A DNA stretch of 64,000 nt from Octopus sinensis (lineage: Eukaryota), in contig NC_043003.1 of NCBI RefSeq assembly GCF_006345805.1, positions 85,746,001 to 85,810,000 on the forward strand. The letters are read 5' to 3'. Below are positions 41,071 to 55,862 of this stretch, piece after piece (within the stretch, counting starts at the first letter, position 1; each line of letters begins with the position of its first letter). Made by a program: the position numbers and the translations under genes. The notes beneath the pieces are model-generated. The model worked only from the letters and a program-made list of their open reading frames with translations. It did no database searches and was not told where the DNA came from.

Positions 41071-42138
41071 CTACATTGACAAAAACGTTTATATTTTTCT
41101 TTTAGTCTTGTTAGACTTTCTCACTGAAGCTATGGTCTTATATGTTGTTAGACCTTAGAATGACTGTAAGAATACATAGAATGTATTGGATAATAAATAA
41201 TGACTTTGGAGAAATTTCTCAGTAATGCCTTCTGTATGCAGTACTTATAGTTAAGTGGAAGCTCAGTATATTACATCTGTTCGAAAAAATGAGGAAAATC
41301 AATAGCGTTAATGAAAATTTTGTCAAAGTGAAAACTCCAAAATTGAAATTAAGAACCAAATGATGGTAGTGGCGGTGATAGCAAGTCTGATCTTTCTATA
41401 TTTTTTTTACAGTGCCAATGAAATAAATACGGTTGATTCAACATTACTGAATTTCTTTCCAATCAATTTACGGCAAAGTTTTTCAAAGTACGAAGATATC
41501 GTTATTATTGGCAACAGGAAATTAAATTCTAACCATCTTTTACGAAGGAAAACAAACAAACAAACCGCACAAAAACGCAACAGAAACATACCTATTTACG
41601 AATTCCTGATTAGATATCAAGCTGCCATTATTTGTGTTATCACTTTATATTTATGTCTATGATTTGTGAATCTTTCCTGACAGTTATTAGATTTCGTATT
41701 TAAAATATTTAAATATAGAGAGAGTGAATTCCTTTCTTATATTTTGATTGAAGCTTTTCTCAAAAGGCACAAGTCATTTTTAAGAGAAATGAAAGAAACA
41801 TCTGCACTGTCTCAGTAGATCATCTCATGGAAGGAACCGAGAAAAACTGTTCAAAAGCTGCTGTCTCTTCGTCTCATATATGAATCGTGACAACAGTAGT
41901 TCTCGTAGCGATCATCAACAAACTAGTGACTTTGGTGCAGAAAATACAGTGGGTGCAAAGAGGATTGACATGTTTTTAACAATGGGCATGCACATAAGGC
42001 TCAGTCTGTAGGGCATCTGTCATCGTTGTTCAGAGATTAAGATTGGTTGTATGTAAGGGCTCTCCTCAATTTAAAACATATCATGCACGGGTATCGCATG
42101 ACCTGTCGGCATCATCTTATACTTAAAACGAGGTATTG

Positions 42139-42243
<105 letters not shown>

Positions 42244-42770
42244 TGATGTATGTATGTATGTATGTATGCATGTATGCATGTATGTATGTATGTACGTATG
42301 TATAGATGTATGTATGTATGCATATATATATATATGTATTATCGCATAGAAAAACAGAGGTATATCAAATACCATACAACATAAAATCTTGATTTATTAA
42401 AATTATCTCTGCCCTTAGAGGATGTGTCATAACTACCAAACGGAAACTGAGAATAGTTCTACATGAGAAGAAAATATAATCCCAAGATTCAAAATTTCTT
42501 CAAAGTTGACATGCCATTGACAAAAAGGACAGGCTTATTGTCCGAAGATAAAAGGTCAGTCGTGGACAGTTATTATCTCTCTCCTGTCTCAACACTCTCT
42601 CCCTCCCCCTCTCTCTATCTATCCCTATATATATATATATATATATATATTCTTTCAAATGTGTTATATTGAAAATATCGTTCTTTGGAATTTAATAATT
42701 TTTATTGTTTCTTTTTGTGTGTATGTACGTATGCATGTATGTATGAATATATATGTGCATGAATATATAT

Positions 42771-42831
<61 letters not shown>

Positions 42832-42852
42832 CATGAATATATATATACATAT

Positions 42853-42931
<79 letters not shown>

Positions 42932-44029
42932 TGTGTGTGTGTGTTACCCAATCGATTGACAATCGGTGTTGGTTTGTTTGACTAATGACTGCAGTCCAAT
43001 GACTGAAACAAGTTAAAAGAATAAAAAAATAAGTGAATATCTGTGGCCGGTCATTACTCGAATTCATTTTACATCAATATCATATTGCACCAATACTGTT
43101 TTGCGCCAATACTAGATTGTAGCGACTAATATTTTATTGAATCGTGTTGCTTTGTATGTGTGTATGAGGAAATGTAACTAATGCATTTTGATTAGCGTTT
43201 TATATTTCAATTTTTACAAATTCCCCTGATTCCTTAATGTATATAATACTGAGCAGAGCGTACCTTATAATGTAAACAACTTGCTGAAATACCAAAAATA
43301 AAAAAAAACAACAAGCAAGAAACAAAAGTAAGCCTAAAACCAAAAATAATACATATTTTAAAAATCCTTCTTAGTAATTATCATTTAACAAAATTCAGTC
43401 TTTAAAGCTGAAGTACTTTTCTGATATACCATATCAAATGTTAATGTTATCAAGAAAGTAAATATACTAATAACGAAAATAATCTCAAATTTAATAAGAT
43501 AGCGCTGGTAGTGGTTGTGAAACCGAATCATATCAAAGGCTTCAATGAGCAGCAATATAAAATCAATAAGTTCCTTGGTAACTCAATAACAAACGAAGAT
43601 TTATTCTGATAGTTCAAATTTTTCGCTTTTGTATAATTTATCTGCTATTTTTTTTCTGTCTCTCGCTCTATGAAATATCATGGATGAGACGCAGCAAAAA
43701 CGTATATAACTTATATGAGCGGCTATCTAAATATATACATGTAATAAAAAATATACAGAATTATTTCCTGAATAATTCATTGAAACAGATGCCAAATTAC
43801 TTGTTTGTTTACTGTATTGGGTTTCTTTCTTTTGGCAAGATATCAGCTGTCTTTCTCTTTGTAAGTTTTAGGGTGCTATGAAAATGAAATTATGTGTGTA
43901 GCGTGGAACTGTACCATTTTGCAATGCACGTTCGATTTCTATTTGAGCCAATTCAATTCACCAATTCCTTGTTCCAACGATTTCACGCTGTATTTAATGG
44001 TTTCTTATTTAGATATAAGTCCAGCAATT

Positions 44030-44455
44030 CTAAGGGAAGGGTGTTAATCGAGTCTGTTGATCCCACCATTTGACTGGCATTTTATTTTATCGACCCCGAG
44101 GGATGAAAAGCAAAGCTGACCGTTGACCTAGAGGGGGTGAAAACTCAGAACGTAAAGAGTCGAAAGAACATCGCAAGATTTTTTCCGATGCTCTAACGAT
44201 TTTGCTATCTCGCTGCCTTATTTTCAAGCTGTAATTTATAGCTTGGAGTTGGCTAGCGAGCAGAATCGATAGCGCGACCGACAGAATGCTTAGCGGCGTT
44301 CCTTCTGGCTCTTTATGAGCTACGCTCGAATCTTATCGCGGTCAAAATTGTCTTTCACCTTTTTGAGATCGATAAAATAAAGTACCAGTTAAATGCTGGG
44401 GTCGAAATACTCGACTACCATCTCTTCCTATAAATGCTGGCCTTTATCTATTAGG
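44030..44455. mobile_element. Two diverged family-A SINEs head to head (44030-44220 minus, 44245-44455 plus)
   Basis: Each has the family-A tcgataaaataa.taccag core, in opposite orientations. Confidence 0.6.
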
Positions 44456-45641
44456 ATAATTTGATTTCGCAACGTAGATCGTGCATCGGTGATGACACAA
44501 TCAACCACTAAAGATTAAGCATTGGAGGAAACGAACAAGCAAGCGTCAAAAGCATTATTCGCTGGAATAATATACTTCATATATCATTCTCGCAAAAACA
44601 TTTAACTGTTGTTCTTTTATTCCTTAATTAACAGGAAAGGGTTTATAAATGTGTGTGCCAAACGAGCAAAAACAGTTTCTTTTTCTTAAGGGTAATGTTT
44701 ATACTTATTTTCACTTTAAATAAGTAAAAAAGCTATAATAATTCTTAGTCTCTCGCACAGTAAAATTTACCTCATTATCGAAAAGTGCCTTAAAATATTC
44801 ATGAAAGAAAGTCAGAATAAAACTTCTTCATCGCTGTATAAGTCTTCCATTTCAGACTTGACACTTACCATCGATAAGGGCCACTTATGGCTGGGTGCAT
44901 TTGATGAATTAGACCCTTAGGCGTCAATTGATGATGGCCAAATCCATGTAACCATCAATTCATGATGTCCGCTGTTTAAGGGCTAAACTAAAGTTTATGA
45001 TTAAAATCGCTCCAGTCATGACTAGGTTATATTTTAATACATTTAGAATTATATAATTCACTGTATTCTTCTGTTGTTTAAAACATTATGGTGTTTTTTT
45101 AAAGTTTTGACTGCTATGTATAACATGTTGAATGTCTGAGTCATGTCTCCCTTATTAGTTTATGACTGTAATTGCTGTTATTGAGAGGCTAAAGTTGGAT
45201 GTGTTAAAGTCTTTTCCTCCGAAGGAAAGAGCAGTATTCATAACGCTTTTCTGTGTAGGGTAAGTAATTCGTTGATCAAAGAAAGCCTTCTCGTAACTCA
45301 ATTCATGGTTATTTGCTTGTTTTGTCATGAAAACTATCTGGTCATAGGGATCAGAAACTTGAATTCTGCTTCAAAGACTAACACATTTTCTTGTCAAACG
45401 TTTACGAAGATTTTCCTTTCACTCGTTGGTTCAATAATAGGATTCTAATTGCTTATATTGCTTCTTGAACATCTCATTCAAAGCACATTTGGAGTAGAGA
45501 AATTAGATTAGTTTGGATTGGTTAATCTTTTTTCTAGACCATATAGTTGATGTTTACTGTCAGTGACACCCCAATCCTTTCCGCTCCTTCTTTCTTTCTC
45601 TCTCTTCATAAATAAATGTGTGTATCTGTATATATATATAT

Positions 45642-45673
<32 letters not shown>

Positions 45674-45686
45674 ATATTATATATAT

Positions 45687-45754
<68 letters not shown>

Positions 45755-45887
45755 TATATATTGGCCATTTTGCGTTTGGCAACGATCGCTGTCACATCGA
45801 CACTTTTCCTCTGCCGTAAGGCTTAATTCCTAACACGCCAGCTGAATTCAATTCGTCTCCAGTCGAAAGACGCCTGTTCTTATGTCC

Positions 45888-45947
<60 letters not shown>

Positions 45948-46357
45948 CATTACTATTATTTTGCATTATTTTTGTATTTATATTCGTGTAACATCGTCCG
46001 TTTTTCCGTCTTTGTTTTGTATAGATTCGAAGCTTTTACCCAAGGAATCTAATGCTCTTAGCTTAGTTTTTCTTTGGGGCTGGCCAGATTGGAGCAATCA
46101 ATCAAGATTAATCAGCCGAAAATGCGAGGATGATCCGGTTCTTGACTGAATATTAAAGGCTTCGAATGACCCGTCCGTGTTTTTTGTATCGTCTTCTGGA
46201 TGTTTTGTGTTCTTGTCCCATTTTGTATATATATATATATATATATGCAACTTAACTTAACAGCGGTGCATCAGCATGGCCGCAGCTCTGAGCTGAAACT
46301 AAAAAAAAAAAAAAAAAATATAAAGCGGCGTAGTACACTTTGTTCTCTTATATGTAA

Positions 46358-46402
<45 letters not shown>

Positions 46403-46461
46403 CATATATTTATATATATATATGTATATATATATATATACACACACACATACGTATATGT

Positions 46462-46496
<35 letters not shown>

Positions 46497-46615
46497 CACT
46501 CACACATTTGCACACGAGTGGGTGGACATACGACAGAAAGTAGCACTCAACACATTTATACAGCTCCATATATATATAAATACATACACACACATATACA
46601 ATCATACCTACCTAC

Positions 46616-46678
<63 letters not shown>

Positions 46679-47024
46679 CAACTAGGTAGAATATGCTACA
46701 CTGAGAAGGCCTAATCCAATCTCTCACCGCATTTCCTATATTTTCAAAATTTCAGTAAAATCTTTCAAGAGGAAATTTTTACCTCTTAATTACATGGACA
46801 TTCTTAACTAGAAATAACTTACATGAATTGATGAATGTTGGCTATTCGCAGCTTGTATTAATGAGTTAATATAAGCTAGGAATAAGCTTTGCAGAACATT
46901 CTAATTTCCTGCGACCTGAAAGCTGTTTATTGAAACATAACTATGATTGTAGCAGGTGAATTTGAATGAGTGATAATAAATGAAAATTACAAAGTAGAAC
47001 AACCAACATGTAAAACAAACTTAC

Positions 47025-47150
47025 CAAGAGACAGGACATCGCCAGTTTCAAAAGGAAGACATATAGCGAATTTCTGGTAATTACTGATTCCAAAAAGGGG
47101 CATGGCAGCTACAGTTATGGCAAAAATCCAACCAATAAGCATGATATATC
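47025..47150 (-). CDS. Penultimate coding exon of the same LGR (TM4-ECL2)
   Basis: 126 nt between caatgcAG and GTaagt, encoding (G)YIMLIGWIFAITVAAMPLFGISNYQKFAICLPFETGDVLSL. It matches the rickets-type GYIM..GW.FA...A.MPL.G.S.Y.KFA.CLPFET. The final G joins TG of the next exon to give Val in frame. Too short for the ORF track. Confidence 0.92.
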
Positions 47151-47458
47151 CTGCATTGAAAGATTTTGAAAATAGTGATATTTACAATGACAAAAGTAAG
47201 ACAAACAAATGATACCATAACAAATGATAGAAAGATAGGTTAAAGAGAGAGGAAAGTTAATATATATATATATATATATATTATTATCATATATATATAT
47301 ATTATTATATATATATTATTATATAGTCTGGTTCTTGGTGACAGTATCAGAAGGCATCAAGAGGAATATGAAGTTAAATTGGAATAGAGTGCCCAGTAGA
47401 ACTTCTATACCCACTTTTTGACAAGTTGTGCTGCACCTGAGCACTGTATACAATAATT

Positions 47459-47505
<47 letters not shown>

Positions 47506-47828
47506 GTTATTATTATTATTATTATTATATATATGTATGCATGTATATATATATATGTTTGTGTGTGTATGTATGTATATACATATGTTAATATATATGT
47601 ATATATATTTATATGCACATATATATATATATGCATAAAAACATTTAGATACACAGATCTTAAGAATGGTAGAAAGAAAAGTTATTCGGAAGTATTAAAA
47701 GCATTGCTTTAATTAAAAAAACACAAAAAAACGTGTTCAGATTTTTGTAAGGAAATGATATGAAATAGTTTAAATCTTTTTATCATGCTATGTAAGAGTA
47801 TGTATATATATACATATATACTACATAC

Positions 47829-47884
<56 letters not shown>

Positions 47885-48038
47885 TATATATATATAATAT
47901 ATATAATATAGTTGAGTGTAGAAATTCGGGGTGAGTACTTGATAATTATAAGCACCTGTGTATACCGTTTGGTGGTGTAGGTGGTGGAGTAAATTGATCA
48001 AAATAAAAATAAAAATAAAAACATGAGGCGAAGGATTC

Positions 48039-48118
48039 AGCGGTACATATGTTTCGGGCCTTTATTAGACAGATACATAACAAATCATAATGTATGTCTG
48101 TGGCCTTCTTCAGCCGCT
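48039..48118 (-). ncRNA. Type I hammerhead ribozyme (left arm)
   Basis: AGCGG - CTGAAGA - A GGCC...GGCC C - GAAAC ATAT GTA - CCGCT. Stem I is 5 bp; GUA triplet; A-C at the base of stem II. Confidence 0.75.
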
Positions 48119-49061
48119 CACAACAGCTTCCACAAGGACATGTGTTAGTTCCGAAATCTTGGCTGGGGATGCAAATCTTCTCGTTCCCGTACGACAAAAT
48201 GCGGCAGCAGCATCGAATTGAATCGTCCATCTCCTTCTTCTCTCAATGTAGAATGAGGAAACTTGGATGTTGAGGTAATGTAAATAAATAAATAACGTAT
48301 ATAGAGGTGAAGATGGAGGGCGAGAGTTCGGGGCGAGGGATAAAAAATATAAAATAATTAAAAATAATGTATAAATGTAGATGATAAAGATATAAAGAGT
48401 TGTAAGGAGATGTAAAGGGGGTATAAAGGCATAATGTTGTAAAGTAAATAGAAATGGAAGTAATAGTAAAAGAAGTAAAGGAACCTGATAAAAACATGAT
48501 AAAAGTGTAAAAGAATGTAGGGATAAGGGATGTATAGAGGTCGCGGACCAGCATGGTGGTCAAGAGATTGATAAAACTTATCAATCTCTTGACCACCATA
48601 AAGTTTATATCAATCTCTTGACCACCATGCTGGGTCCGCGACCTCTATACATCCCTTATCCCTACATCTTTTACACTTTTATCATGTTTTTATCAGGTTC
48701 CTTTACTTCTTTTACTTTATTTCCATTTCTATTTTTACTTTACAACATTATGCCTTTATACCCCCTTTACATCTCCTTACAACTCTTTATATCTTTATCA
48801 TCTACATTTATACATTATTTTATATTATTTTATATTTTTTATCCCTCGCCCCGAACTCTCGCCCCTCCATCTTCACCTCTATATACGTATTTATTTATTT
48901 ACATTACCTCAACATCCCAGTTTCTCATTCTACATTGAGAGAAGAAGGAGATGGACGATTCAATTCGATGCTGCTGCCGCATTTTGTCGTACGGGAACGA
49001 GAAGATTTGCATCCCAGCCAAGAATTTCGGAACTAACACATGTCTTGTGGAAGCTGTTGTG

Positions 49062-49140
49062 AGCGGCTGAAGAAGGCCACAGACATACATTATGATTTGT
49101 TATGTATCTGTCTAATAAAGGCCCGAAACATATGTACGCT
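49062..49140 (+). ncRNA. Type I hammerhead ribozyme (right arm)
   Basis: Same as 48039-48118 except for one C missing from the 3' strand of stem I (CGCT). Confidence 0.7.
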
Positions 49141-49210
49141 GAATCCTTCGCCTCATGTTTTTATTTTTATTTTTATTTTGATCAATTTATATATATATAT
49201 ATATATATAC

Positions 49211-49259
<49 letters not shown>

Positions 49260-49553
49260 ATTAATATATATATAATATATGTATAGTGCGTGCAGTGTTT
49301 ACGTAAAAAGAATTTAGAAGCTGCGAAAGAACGTGAAATAATTCGCTTTTATCTGTGTATCTCGAAGTAGAGAATGCTATAATTAATAGCCTGTATGGAG
49401 AATTTTGAACTATTGCTTTGGTTCAATAGTTGACCGTCTTTCATGTTTACAGAAAATGTGGGTTTGCGTCCCAAAATGCCCTTCTACTTATTCTATCCAA
49501 AGTGTTCTAGCCCAATATTTACATGTTATCATTTATAGCTTTATTTGCTGCGA

Positions 49554-49595
<42 letters not shown>

Positions 49596-49611
49596 TATAC
49601 ACATATCTAGG

Positions 49612-49648
<37 letters not shown>

Positions 49649-50129
49649 AAAGGAGAGTAAGATGTAGAGGTGAAATATAAGCAATGTAATTAAAGGTACT
49701 GTGTGAAGATCGGTCACAGAACGGTAACGATGATGATAAATTCTGTTATTCATCGAGTTCTATGTGTTACTGAAGATTGCGCCTTGATTAAGTGTATTTT
49801 AGAGCGGTGCAGAACTCATAGCTTATCTAAAGTACATTCATATAAAATAGACAGTAGCGTGTGTTTTAACAGATATTTGTTGCCATGCCTGAAAAATTTA
49901 TCTTTGTCGCCGAACCACAATCACCAAGGTTATTTTGTTTTGCACAAACCTGAAGATCTACGACCTCTTGCAAACCAGACAATTTTCGACTGCATTGCCT
50001 AGGACTACCGAAGCATCCCACCCTGAAGCAGTCACTTTAAGTTGAACGAAGAGGTTCCCCAGTTAGGTTATGTGGAAGTTCCCTCGAGTTTCACGTCTGT
50101 ACATTATGAATAGCTAACAGTAAGTTAGT

Positions 50130-50421
50130 GGAGGCACATGGCCTAGTGGTTATAGCAGCGGACTCGCGGGTTCGAATCTCAGACCGGGCGATGTGTGTGT
50201 TTATGAGCGAAACACCTAAGCTCCACGCGGCTCCGGCAGAAGGTAATGGCGAACTTCTACTGACTCTTTCGCCACAACTTTCTCTCACTCTTTCCTCCTG
50301 GATCTTGCAGCTCACTTGCGACGGACCGGTGTCCCGTCCAGGTGGGGAACCTATACGCCAAGGAAACCGGAAAACCGGCCCTTGTGAGCCAGGCGTGGCT
50401 CGAGAAGGAACAAACAATAAC
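50130..50421 (+). mobile_element. tRNA-derived SINE (family C)
   Basis: ggaggcacatggcctagtggttatagcagcggactcgcgggttcgaatctc head; (AAC)-type tail. Confidence 0.8.
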
Positions 50422-53400
50422 TGTATGTTACAGTTGTATTAAATGTTCAGCTTCTTTGCTATGTTGTGTTATAGAATATATCTATATATTTCTATATAAA
50501 CCAGCATTGTATGTTATGACAAATGTAAACTATATGTCTGTATATATATTTTCGCAGCAAAAATAAATAAAAACATAAATAAAAATAAACAACAACAAAA
50601 ACAAAGGACAGCGAACTCTACCCTGTTTCAAACCTGTTAGGATTTCATCAGTTACCGCCTTAACTGTCCACGAATATATTGCTTATAAAGTCAATATTAT
50701 TGAAGTTATTACATGAATCACACAAGTAATTTAATATACGAGCTATCAAGAAAATGTATTCAAAGTCGTAGTCATTTTCGATTGAAAGTTGACTTTACCA
50801 TGCAGAGAGTTACTAAAAACAACATGGCTGGACACGACAACATTAACAACAACACTGTTGAAAGACAGAGCGAAAACAACGTCGCAAAAGGTAAATAAAC
50901 TCTTTCTAACTGTAGAAACCACAAAAACTGAATAATGATTAACTTAACTGTTGTTAAGAGAGCAAATAAAAAAAAAAAAAAAACTCCGCAATTGGATTTA
51001 TGAACAAATTAAAAGCATATTAGGATCTCTGTGGTTTTCGTCACTGTTTACAATTATCTTTAAAAAACATTTTTAATGTATCTTATAGATATAATTTTTG
51101 ACGTTGAATCCGAATTTGTTATTCATTTATTCCAGAAATATTTTGCAAAAATGTTACAGGTGTTCGAAGTTTGATAATTTTCAGAATTTTCAGCCAATCA
51201 AAAAACAAAAAACAGCGCGTTCGCTGCCTCTTCCATCGGGGAGGGGGCATCGGCATGTCAAAACATTAAACTAGCTACAGTAAACAATGAAATACATGAA
51301 AAAATTCGAGCGAATTAAATATTTAAAAGCTACGAACAAACCAACAGGAGTTGCTAGTAATAACAGTCAAAACATTGTTTAAAACAGACATTTATTATTT
51401 TTAAAAAATTCAAGAACGAAAGTTTTCAATACACTCTCTCTATGATTTTATAAAATAAATTATCTTTCTCGTATCTCCTTTTCCACATAAATTCAGAAAG
51501 ATAAGAGTCAACCATGCCCAGGTACTTTCAATTTGTTAAGTGTGAGTCCCATCTGTTATGAAAACAAACAATTATAGAACAAGTGGTAGTTACACTCCTT
51601 GTGTGCATGCGCACCACCTTTAGTTACTACAGAAACAGACTTCTTCGCCACGGTGATGCCTAAAATACTCGCTTCTGATTGGCTTAAATACCCAAATTTT
51701 GCAAATTTTAAGGGCTGATAACTTTTTTAACTATGGATTTATAGGAAAAATGAACTTCATTTTCATAATTAGTATCCAAAACTTAATCCATTTATCAAAT
51801 TTGAAAACAACTGGAACAAAATTGTAAACAGCGACGAAAACCATAAAGATCCCACTGGAACAATCTGCACTCAGAACTAAATTATTTTATTCCGAAACAA
51901 TTACACCAACAAGCAACATTTGTTGAACATAAAAAGAAAGTTAGTGATTGTAACTTTATTAAAAAAAAATCAGAAATTAACTTTCTTCCAAAGAATATAA
52001 ACAAAAGTGTGAACGATGTAAGAGCACTACGTAGCTTTACAGTTATCGACATTCCAACAGATACCATACTGCCTGACAGCCAAACTACATTGCAGGCTAA
52101 GGCAACTGACTACTGTCCCTCTACAATGATTATGGTAAACAGCAGGTAGAACTGCAAACACCATCGTAATAGTGGTCAGGGGTATATATCGCTGAAAAAT
52201 GCCCTGAAAATTATTCAAGAATAAATAACTTTGGTTTTGAAGTACTCTCTCTAAGAGAGAGCATTTTCTACCAAAGTAAAGAAAAGATCAATAAATATTC
52301 TACTAAAAGCTCTTTATGAAATGGGAGAGGAGCTTTTACAGCAGTGTAATGAACCTTTATTCTGGCAGATTAACGCCTGTCTATATGCCTTGTCTATTAC
52401 AACAAAGCAACTCATGAACGATAATCAAAAAGTAAACAAAACCGAAACAACGCAAAATGTGCCATCATGAGCTTTGAAGACAGAGAAAACGATAGCTGAT
52501 TTACGGAAGACCATCAGTCATATAATCATGCTTTTTGCTTGCAAATCACTAAACGTCTCATCAACAAAACATGAAGAAGAAGATAGAAGTGATGTTTGGA
52601 GATAGCAAAAAGAGAACACTCGGTTGCAAACTGTTCACCCTCAAGCAGGAGCTAAAAGCTATTAGTGAGATACTCCGACATCAGAGGAGAGTAACCGAAA
52701 GTCATTAATAGAACTGTCAACACTTGTAAAACTTTCCAGGAGTTTAGAGTCTAACTATACATGTACATATCTGTGTGTTGGAGAATACCTACATAAAACA
52801 AAATATACAAATCTGCACATGCACTGACTCGAAATATTGCATTATACGCACAAGCATGAACAAATACCTTGTTGTTTAAAAATTAAATACCCATTAACTA
52901 TTTTTATAATCATATAGAATGACTCTTTCAAGCAAGAACTTGCCGAAAGGTTGGCGTTTCGTATCCATGACTAAGACACTTAATTTTCAAATCACCCAAT
53001 TCATTTATCGCTCTAAACCAAGAGAGAGAAAACCCTCTCGCGAAAATATTAAGGCTACTGCTGACGAAATTTCTAAAAACCAGAGTCCCCAAAAAGCTGC
53101 TTTAAAAGTAAAACCAAAACAATAATAAGTTACAAACTTAGTAAAATTAAAAATTCATTATTTTTCTTGGAATAAATGTGCCATCACAAGTTTTTACATA
53201 ATTGCATTTTACCCTTGATTTTAAAATAGTTTCCACCTTTTGCTCTCCACAATAGCATCCCTACAAAATTGACAAATGGTTCGTTATCTTGTAATGTACA
53301 GTTTAACTCCTTCTATGGGAATAGAGAATCCACTCCAGTACTCACTCTCAAAACAGATTTCTCCATTTATCACACAACACATATTGTTTGAACTTTGAAA

Positions 53401-54197
53401 AATACAATGCTGAAACTTATTTTGTCCATCCATTTCCCCTCCCTTAACGGATAGGTTATCATATAGGCTCTATTAATTATTAATTGAAAATGCTGGTTAA
53501 TTAACTCACCAACAACACCTATCACTACAAAATTGGGGTTATCATAGAATATTTGAACGAATTCGTTGTAATTTAGTTGTTTACATTCCTTAATTGCAAT
53601 AACTGTCATCGCCAACCAAACTCAAATTAAATGAAGTAGATAAATATCATGAATTCCGCGTTAATTAGTCCTAAACACTTCATGCGAACCAGTAGCAACT
53701 ACATAATCAACTAAATACATATATTTATGTATCATCACGTCTGTCAATCTTCTGATATGCTATTATATATTCCAGATGTTATAATTGAACAAATTCGTAA
53801 ATTGATATTACAAATTATTAAATTATTCTGGCGCTTGTTGGCAGTTATTCAACAAGGAGTAGTAAATTTAAATATAGTTTGTATACTATTCGCCAAAAGT
53901 AGTCTGCAGACCTTTCAGAAATAGTAAGACGTCAAACTGAGTGTTCTGCAGTATTTAATATTGTTTCTCTCTTCCTTCTAATCTCAGGGAGATCGCTGAT
54001 TACCTTTCATCTGCCAGGTAACTCAATAAAATGAACAGGTATCTGTAATATACAGCAATTAATTTCAATGACTATATTCCTCAAAAACAACGATTTGTCT
54101 TTTTCTCATTAATATTAACAGTCAAGAACTATAATTAACTTATAGTACTTGATCATATAGACATTATTATAGTACTTAATTATATAGACAGACAAAA

Positions 54198-54600
54198 GGT
54201 GACGAGCTGGCAGAAACGTTAGCACGCCGGGCGAAATGCGTAGCCGTATTTCGTCTGCCGTTACGTTCTGAGTTCAAATTCCGCCGAGGTCGACTTTGCC
54301 TTTCATCCTTTCGGGGGCGATTAAATAAGTACCAGTTTGGCACTGGGGTCGATATAACCGACTTAATCCGTTTTAATGTCCTTGTTTGCCCCTCTATGTT
54401 TAGCCCCCTGTGGGCAATAAAGAAATAGGTATTTCGTCCGTCTGCATGATCTGAATTCGAATTCCGCCGAGGCCGACTTTACTTTTCATCCTTTCGGAGT
54501 TGATAACTTAAGTACCAGTGAAACACCGGGGTCGATGTAATTGACTGGCCCCTCTCCCAAAATTTCAGGCTTTGTGCTTATGGGAGAAAAGATTATTATT
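54198..54600 (+). mobile_element. SINE family A plus a tandem partial copy
   Basis: gagctggcagaaacgttagcacgccgggcg...gggcaataaagaaata at 54198-54427, then a diverged copy. Confidence 0.85.
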
Positions 54601-54931
54601 AGTGTAGTCATTTTAACCTTCACACGCAGCCGACATAATGTTGCATACTAGCAATGACGAATTAATGACTAAAGCCCACTAAAATAAACCTCCCCGCACC
54701 ACTGAATGAAAATCCAATGTTCTATGAGGATCTTAACATCCGATTAGCAGATGATTAATTAAAGCCTATTGGAGGATTTGAACTCTCAACCGTGCGCCAC
54801 ACGCTGCTCATCTCTCTTACATCATAAATGCTCGAGAAAAAGGTATGAATGTTACACCTTCCATGTATAACATGCAAAAAATGAAATACATTTATATGTA
54901 GCATTTTACCATCGTTATATTCACTTAGTGA

Positions 54932-55164
54932 AGTGCGGCGAGCTGGCAGAAACGTTAGCACGCCGGGCGGAATGCTTAGCCGCATTTCGTCTGTCGTTAC
55001 GTTCTGAGTTCAAATTCCGCCGAGGTCGACTTTGCCTTTCATCCTTTCGAGGTCGATAAATAAAGTACCAGTTTCGCACTGGGATCGATATAATCGACTT
55101 AATCCGTTTGTCTGTCCTTGTTTGTTCCCTCTATGTTTAGCCCCTTGTGGGCAGTAAAGAAATA
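54932..55164 (+). mobile_element. Young SINE family A with a 16-bp target-site duplication
   Basis: TATATTCACTTAGTGA at 54916-54931 and 55165-55180. Confidence 0.92.
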
Positions 55165-55499
55165 TATATTCACTTAGTGAGCACAGCAACGGCAGTTATG
55201 TTTCTTGGTATGGACACTGTTCAGTACCATTACAAACTCAGATCTTTTGTCCTGCAAGTTGTTATTTAGTGATTTAACAATCTAGACCATCAAATTTACT
55301 GTATATTTACCAGAAATGTGGAGATTGCAGCATCAATGGAGTTCTCTCTGAACATCTCCATATCAACGCTGCTGTACTCTAATGTTTGATAATATCTCAA
55401 ATTCACTTCTTTCTATGCATTAAAAATAGTGACTCTGATTTCAAGCGATTCACAATTTTATACAGAAGATATTACCCGTCACTCCTTCTCTTTTTATAC

Positions 55500-55862
55500 A
55501 GTGGTTAGGGCAGCGGACTCGCGGTCGTAGGATCGCAGTTTCGATTCCCAGACTGGGCGTTGTGAGTGTTTATTGAGCGAAAACACATAAAGATCCACGA
55601 GGCTCCGGCAGGGGGTGGTGGCGAACCCTGCTGTACTCTTTCACCACAACTTTCTCTCACTCTTTCTTCCTGTTTCTGTTGTACCTGTATTTCAAAGGGC
55701 CGACCTTGTCATACTCCATGTCACGCTGAATCTCCCCGAGAACTACGTTAAGGGTACATGTGTCTGTGGAGTGCTCAGCCACTTGTACGTTAATTTCACG
55801 AGCAGGCTGTTCTCTTGATTGGATCAACTGGAACCCTTGTCGTCGTAACCGACGGAGTGCCA
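55500..55862 (+). mobile_element. tRNA-derived SINE (family D)
   Basis: Head and ctccggcag...ccacaactttctctcactc shared with family C; tail shared with 60840-61020. Confidence 0.8.

Larger units (their letters stand above)
47910..49189. repeat. 1.2-kb head-to-head palindrome between (TA)n tracts
   Basis: 47990-~48575 is the reverse complement of ~48600-49189 with scattered indels. The centre GATTGATAAAACTTATCAATC has a short duplication. Confidence 0.9.

Noticed and set aside
50700-53130. Degenerate coding-like sequence on the plus strand
   Set aside because: Short interrupted frames with no recognisable motif.
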